A DNA stretch of 64,000 nucleotides from Myxococcota bacterium (GTDB taxonomy: Bacteria > Myxococcota_A > UBA9042 > PHBI01 > JAWLBL01): positions 113,710-177,709 of the forward strand of contig JAWLBL010000001.1 of the NCBI GenBank assembly GCA_041687695.1, written 5' to 3'. The position numbers and the translations under genes are program-made. Positions 60,263 to 64,000 of the stretch are shown here, piece by piece. Every line of letters begins with the position of its first letter. Positions within the stretch are counted from its first letter, which is position 1. The notes beneath the pieces were generated by a model that was given only the letters and a program-made list of their open reading frames with translations, was not told where the DNA came from and made no database searches.

Positions 60263-63200
60263 TCAGTCCTCCAGCTCGGTCACGGTGGTGAGCTTGCCCA
60301 GGCTGTTCTCCTGGGGCGGGTCGTCGCCCAGCACGTCGCGCAGGATGACCTTGGTCACCTTGGGGTCCAGGGGGACGACGTACTGGCGGTTGGTGAAGGG
60401 GAACTCCTCGGTGCCGGGCCACTGACCCTCGTCGGTGCCGGTGCCCACCGTGTACTTGTACTGGAGGACCTCGCCACGCGGGAAGCCGAACGTGGCGCTC
60501 CAGACGCGGTCGCCGGCCTGGAGATCGCCGGCCTTGCCGGTGTCGCTCAGCGCGATCTTGTTCGGGATCCAGTCGCCGATCTTGTCGTGGTTGCCGACGA
60601 TGAAGACCGTGCCGTTGCCGTCGGGGACCGGCAGCGTCTTCAGCCCCAGGGTGTTCAGTGGGATCTGGCTGCCCGTCGCGTCGACCTCGACCGTGACGAA
60701 GACCATGTTGGTGACGTCGTCGAAGACGCGCTTGGCGTTCAGCGACGGGGCCGCGTCGATGACCTCGCTGCCCTCGATGGCGACCACGTAGAAGTTGAGC
60801 GGGTCGCTGGGGCCGGCCAGGTTCAGGTCGGCGAACGGCACGCGCAGCTCGACCACCATGGCGCCGAACTGCGGGCCGCCCAGCGTGGCGGCGTGGGGCT
60901 CGCTGGTCCAGCCGCCCTGCCCGTCCGCCACCTCGAGCAGGAGCTTGGCCTGGCTGCCCGAGAAGTCGACCCGCAGCCGGCGCGCCACCTCGAGGCCGAC
61001 GAAGGACTCGCCGGGCGGCGTGAACGGGTTGGCCGGGTCCTTGGTGAAGGTGCCCGCGGCGGGGTCCAGGATGTGCTTGTGGTCGAACAGGACCGCCAGG
61101 CTGTAGGGCGTGTTCAGCTTGGCCGACAGGTTCTCGTTGGCCTGGATGCCGACGTACAGGGCCTGCGCGTCGTAGCCGTAGTAGATGGTCGACAGGTCGT
61201 CGTGGGCGCTGATGGCGGTCGACGAGTCGCTGTCGAAGAAGAAGCCGCCGGGCGGCGTCCACTCGACCTCGCTGGGCAGGAACAGGCCGTCGAGGGTCGG
61301 CGGCGGCGTGTCACCGCCGTAGGGGCCCTCGAGGCCCTTGGGCTTGGCCTGGATGAGCGGCGCGAAGTCGGGCACCTGCATCGTCGGCTCGCCCATCATC
61401 GCCAGGGCGGCGTTCATCTCGGCGTACATGCCCAGCAGCTGGCTGCGGAAGGCGCGGTCGAAGGGGCTGTCGTCGTTCGAGGGCGTGGTCTGGTCGACCC
61501 CGTACCACCAGAACCAGTCCGACCCCTCGGCGGCGTACATGAAGTCGAAGGCGCGGTAGATGTGCCAGGGCAGGCTGCTCTGGTCCTTGGGGGCCGCGGC
61601 CAAGGGGTTCGGCTGCGGCAGCCCCGAGGCGGCGAGATCCGCGCGGGCCTTGCGCAGGTACTCCCAGGCCTTGTTCTCCTCCTGCTCGCCGATCCAGGTC
61701 GAGAAGGTCGCGCCGATCCACGACCCCGGCCACAGCGGCTCGATCTCGACCTGGTCCGCGATGGGGTGCGGGGCGATGGCCCGCGCCGGGTTGCCGTGGA
61801 TGTACTCGCTGGTCGTGACCGTGACGATCTCGCCCGTCTCGTAGGCCTCGCTCAGCTTCTTGTACAGCGCGTGGTGGAAGCCCTTGGCGTCGTGCTCCTG
61901 GGTGTAGGCCTCCCAGGCGTTCTCGCCGTCCAGGATGATGGTCAGCAGGCGGTCCTCGCCACCCAGGCTGGGGGCCAGCTTGGCGACGTCGTCGATGAAG
62001 TTCTGGGCCGCGTCGACGCCCTTCCAGGTCTTGTATTCGAAGCCCATGCGGTCCGACAGGAAGGTGTCGCGGAACACGATGAGCATCGAGTCCGACGTGT
62101 CGCCGCCATGGCCGACCACCCCGTCGCTGTCGACGCGGTAGGGGCGCCAGACCGGCGCGTGCTCGTCGTTCATGGCGCGCTTGAGCACGTCGTGGTCGGT
62201 GGCCGTCCACTCGAAGCCGGCCTCGACCAGCAGGGGGACGATCTCTTCGGCGACCGAGCCCTCGCCGCACCAGATGCCGCGCGGCTTGACCCCGAAGATG
62301 TCCTGGTAGTAGCGCACGGCCCGCTGCACCTGCGCCGCCGCGTCCTGCGGATACGAAAAGGGCGGGCTCGGCCGCGGGTCGAAGGGCTGCGACTGCGCCA
62401 TCAGCTCGGTGTCGTAGATGAGCGGCAGGATGGGGTGGTACATCGGCGTGGTCGTCACCTCGACCTGCCCCGTCCCGGCCTCGACGTCGTAGAAGAGCTT
62501 CTGGTGGATGGGGATGGTGTTGCGGGTGACCTTGTGGCCCTCGATGAGCAGATCCACGGCGAGCTGCTCGCTCGGCGGCTGCTTCAGGTAGTACTTGCCG
62601 CCCTTCTTCTCGAGGAAGGTGTGGACGCGGGTCACCGACCCGTCGGGCAGCGTGACCGGCCCCTCGAGGAAGTCCGGGTCGAACCAGGCGATCTCGAACC
62701 AGATCTTGAGCGCGAGGAAGTCGTCGTGGTCGTACTCGGCGCGGTTGGCGTCGCGCAGGGCCACGTACTCGGGGAAGTACTGCATGATGGGGTCGGCCGT
62801 GGAGACCAGCGTCCACGGGCCCTTCCACACGAGCTGGAGCTGCTCCTCGGTGATGGTGGCGGCCGTGGGCGTCGGCTGGAGCAGGAAGTCGACGAAGGGG
62901 TCGGTCTTGCCGGTCCACTTCGCCAGAAAGCCCGGCACGTCCATCGTGTTCGCGTGGACGTCGATGAACGGGTCCATGCGCGCCACGTAGATCTCGAGCA
63001 GCTGCCGGAGCAGCACCGTCGTCAGGTTCACGTTGAAGTGGACGTCGGGGTAGCCCTCGATGATGGAGGTCATGTCGTAGTAGTCCTTGGTCGCGTGCTT
63101 GCGCACCCAGGGACCACTGAGCTGGTCGGACTGCGGGTCGAGGTACAGCGGCTGGTGCTGGTGCCAGACGATGTTGAGGAAGAGCGTGCGGGTGACCTTG

Positions 63201-63748
63201 GCCTTGTTGAGGGTCACCGAGATGGGGTTGCCCGCGAGGTCCTGCACGTTCTTGACGGTGAGCGTGTAGGTCAGGCTGGGGTTGATGGCGCCGGCGTCGA
63301 CGGTGAGGTCGACGTACTGCGGCGCGTCGGGGTGCTGGGCCACCGCCAGGACCGGCAGGTCCTGATTGTTCGAGGCCTTGATGCCGTAGTTGGCCAGGGT
63401 CTCGGCGCCGGCGCCGACGGGCTCGGAGAAGCGGGCGGTGACGATGCCCTGCTTGTTCGAGAAGGCGGAGCGCAGCTCGGGCCGCACCGTGTCGGGGGGC
63501 GGGCCGGCGTCGGGCGTCGCGGTGTCGGCGCTGGCGTCGGGGGGCGAGGTGGCGTCGGGGTCCGACGGGTCGGCGTCGCTGGTGGGGACGTCGTCGTGCT
63601 TGGCGCCGTCGCCCTGCGGGATGTCGGCCGGCGCCGAGTCGCTGGAGGTGTCGTGCGGGATGACCGGGAAGACCTGGGGATCCGAGCCGCACGCGGGCCC
63701 TGAGAGGGCGGCGAACGCGAGGGCGAGCGAGAGGACCAGACGACGCAC
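60263..63748 (-). CDS. GH57 amylopullulanase-like lipoprotein with Ig-like and C-terminal carbohydrate-binding-like domains
   Basis: WHQHQP, YHPILPL, WCGEG, LDGENAWE, AEGSDWFWW; signal peptide ending in PAC. Confidence 0.9.
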   Translation of the reverse strand: MRRLVLSLALAFAALSGPACGSDPQVFPVIPHDTSSDSAPADIPQGDGAKHDDVPTSDADPSDPDATSPPDASADTATPDAGPPPDTVRPELRSAFSNKQGIVTARFSEPVGAGAETLANYGIKASNNQDLPVLAVAQHPDAPQYVDLTVDAGAINPSLTYTLTVKNVQDLAGNPISVTLNKAKVTRTLFLNIVWHQHQPLYLDPQSDQLSGPWVRKHATKDYYDMTSIIEGYPDVHFNVNLTTVLLRQLLEIYVARMDPFIDVHANTMDVPGFLAKWTGKTDPFVDFLLQPTPTAATITEEQLQLVWKGPWTLVSTADPIMQYFPEYVALRDANRAEYDHDDFLALKIWFEIAWFDPDFLEGPVTLPDGSVTRVHTFLEKKGGKYYLKQPPSEQLAVDLLIEGHKVTRNTIPIHQKLFYDVEAGTGQVEVTTTPMYHPILPLIYDTELMAQSQPFDPRPSPPFSYPQDAAAQVQRAVRYYQDIFGVKPRGIWCGEGSVAEEIVPLLVEAGFEWTATDHDVLKRAMNDEHAPVWRPYRVDSDGVVGHGGDTSDSMLIVFRDTFLSDRMGFEYKTWKGVDAAQNFIDDVAKLAPSLGGEDRLLTIILDGENAWEAYTQEHDAKGFHHALYKKLSEAYETGEIVTVTTSEYIHGNPARAIAPHPIADQVEIEPLWPGSWIGATFSTWIGEQEENKAWEYLRKARADLAASGLPQPNPLAAAPKDQSSLPWHIYRAFDFMYAAEGSDWFWWYGVDQTTPSNDDSPFDRAFRSQLLGMYAEMNAALAMMGEPTMQVPDFAPLIQAKPKGLEGPYGGDTPPPTLDGLFLPSEVEWTPPGGFFFDSDSSTAISAHDDLSTIYYGYDAQALYVGIQANENLSAKLNTPYSLAVLFDHKHILDPAAGTFTKDPANPFTPPGESFVGLEVARRLRVDFSGSQAKLLLEVADGQGGWTSEPHAATLGGPQFGAMVVELRVPFADLNLAGPSDPLNFYVVAIEGSEVIDAAPSLNAKRVFDDVTNMVFVTVEVDATGSQIPLNTLGLKTLPVPDGNGTVFIVGNHDKIGDWIPNKIALSDTGKAGDLQAGDRVWSATFGFPRGEVLQYKYTVGTGTDEGQWPGTEEFPFTNRQYVVPLDPKVTKVILRDVLGDDPPQENSLGKLTTVTELED

Positions 63749-63871
63749 GAATCTCTCCTGGTTCGTCGGGCCACCCTGCCATGAGCGCCGCCGGGAATCC
63801 AGCCCACCCAGGGCCCCTCGAGAGCGCCGCCGGGCAGCGTCCGGACCGCGCGAGGCGGTCGCGACCGGGGG

Positions 63872-64000
63872 CTACTGCGGGCCGATGGTGGCCAGGAGCG
63901 CCCGGGCCTTGTCGCGGACGGCCGGGATGGGGTCGGCCGCGAGGGCGCCGATGACCACGCTGGCGGCCGGGTCATGGAAGGCGACCAGCTCGAGGGCGCG
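63872..64000 (-). CDS. 3' end of a HEAT-repeat-like protein, truncated by the window edge
   Basis: ...ALAADPIPAVRDKARALL..PQ* read manually. Confidence 0.45.
   Translation of the reverse strand, partial: RALELVAFHDPAASVVIGALAADPIPAVRDKARALLATIGPQ

Noticed and set aside
1..64000. tRNA, rRNA, integrase or DDE transposase genes
   Set aside because: None recognised by eye; tRNAscan/Infernal/ISEScan would be needed to exclude them formally.

Overview
Very GC-rich bacterial DNA, most likely Myxococcota or a related lineage (Ser/Thr kinase-PEGA operon, Cys-rich EGF-like surface proteins, sigma-54 regulator, many PAS kinases). Housekeeping and accessory genes include ldhA, a MATE pump, plsB, plsC, mlaC-like, pdhABC-lpdA, a GH57 glycosidase, a NUDIX hydrolase and a CzcCBA/CusCBA-type metal efflux operon. 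A lower-GC defence-like island (about 9.2-16.8 kb) carries an XRE-ImmA/IrrE metallopeptidase, a papain-like peptidase and an MmeI-type RM enzyme. The most striking feature is a composite element present twice (about 31.27-33.34 kb and 55.09-57.32 kb) with the same order: a ~160-bp conserved structured segment with a compensatory base change, an array of 11 or 17 copies of a 21-bp quasi-palindromic motif, a conserved ~250-bp leader with an extended -10 box, an HNH endonuclease gene with a possible ribbon-helix-helix region, and an inverted motif copy right after the stop codon. Also seen: a decayed second copy of the plsC 3' end bracketing the metal-efflux block, and several REP-like repeat families. 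All calls come from reading motifs by eye; no database searches were run.
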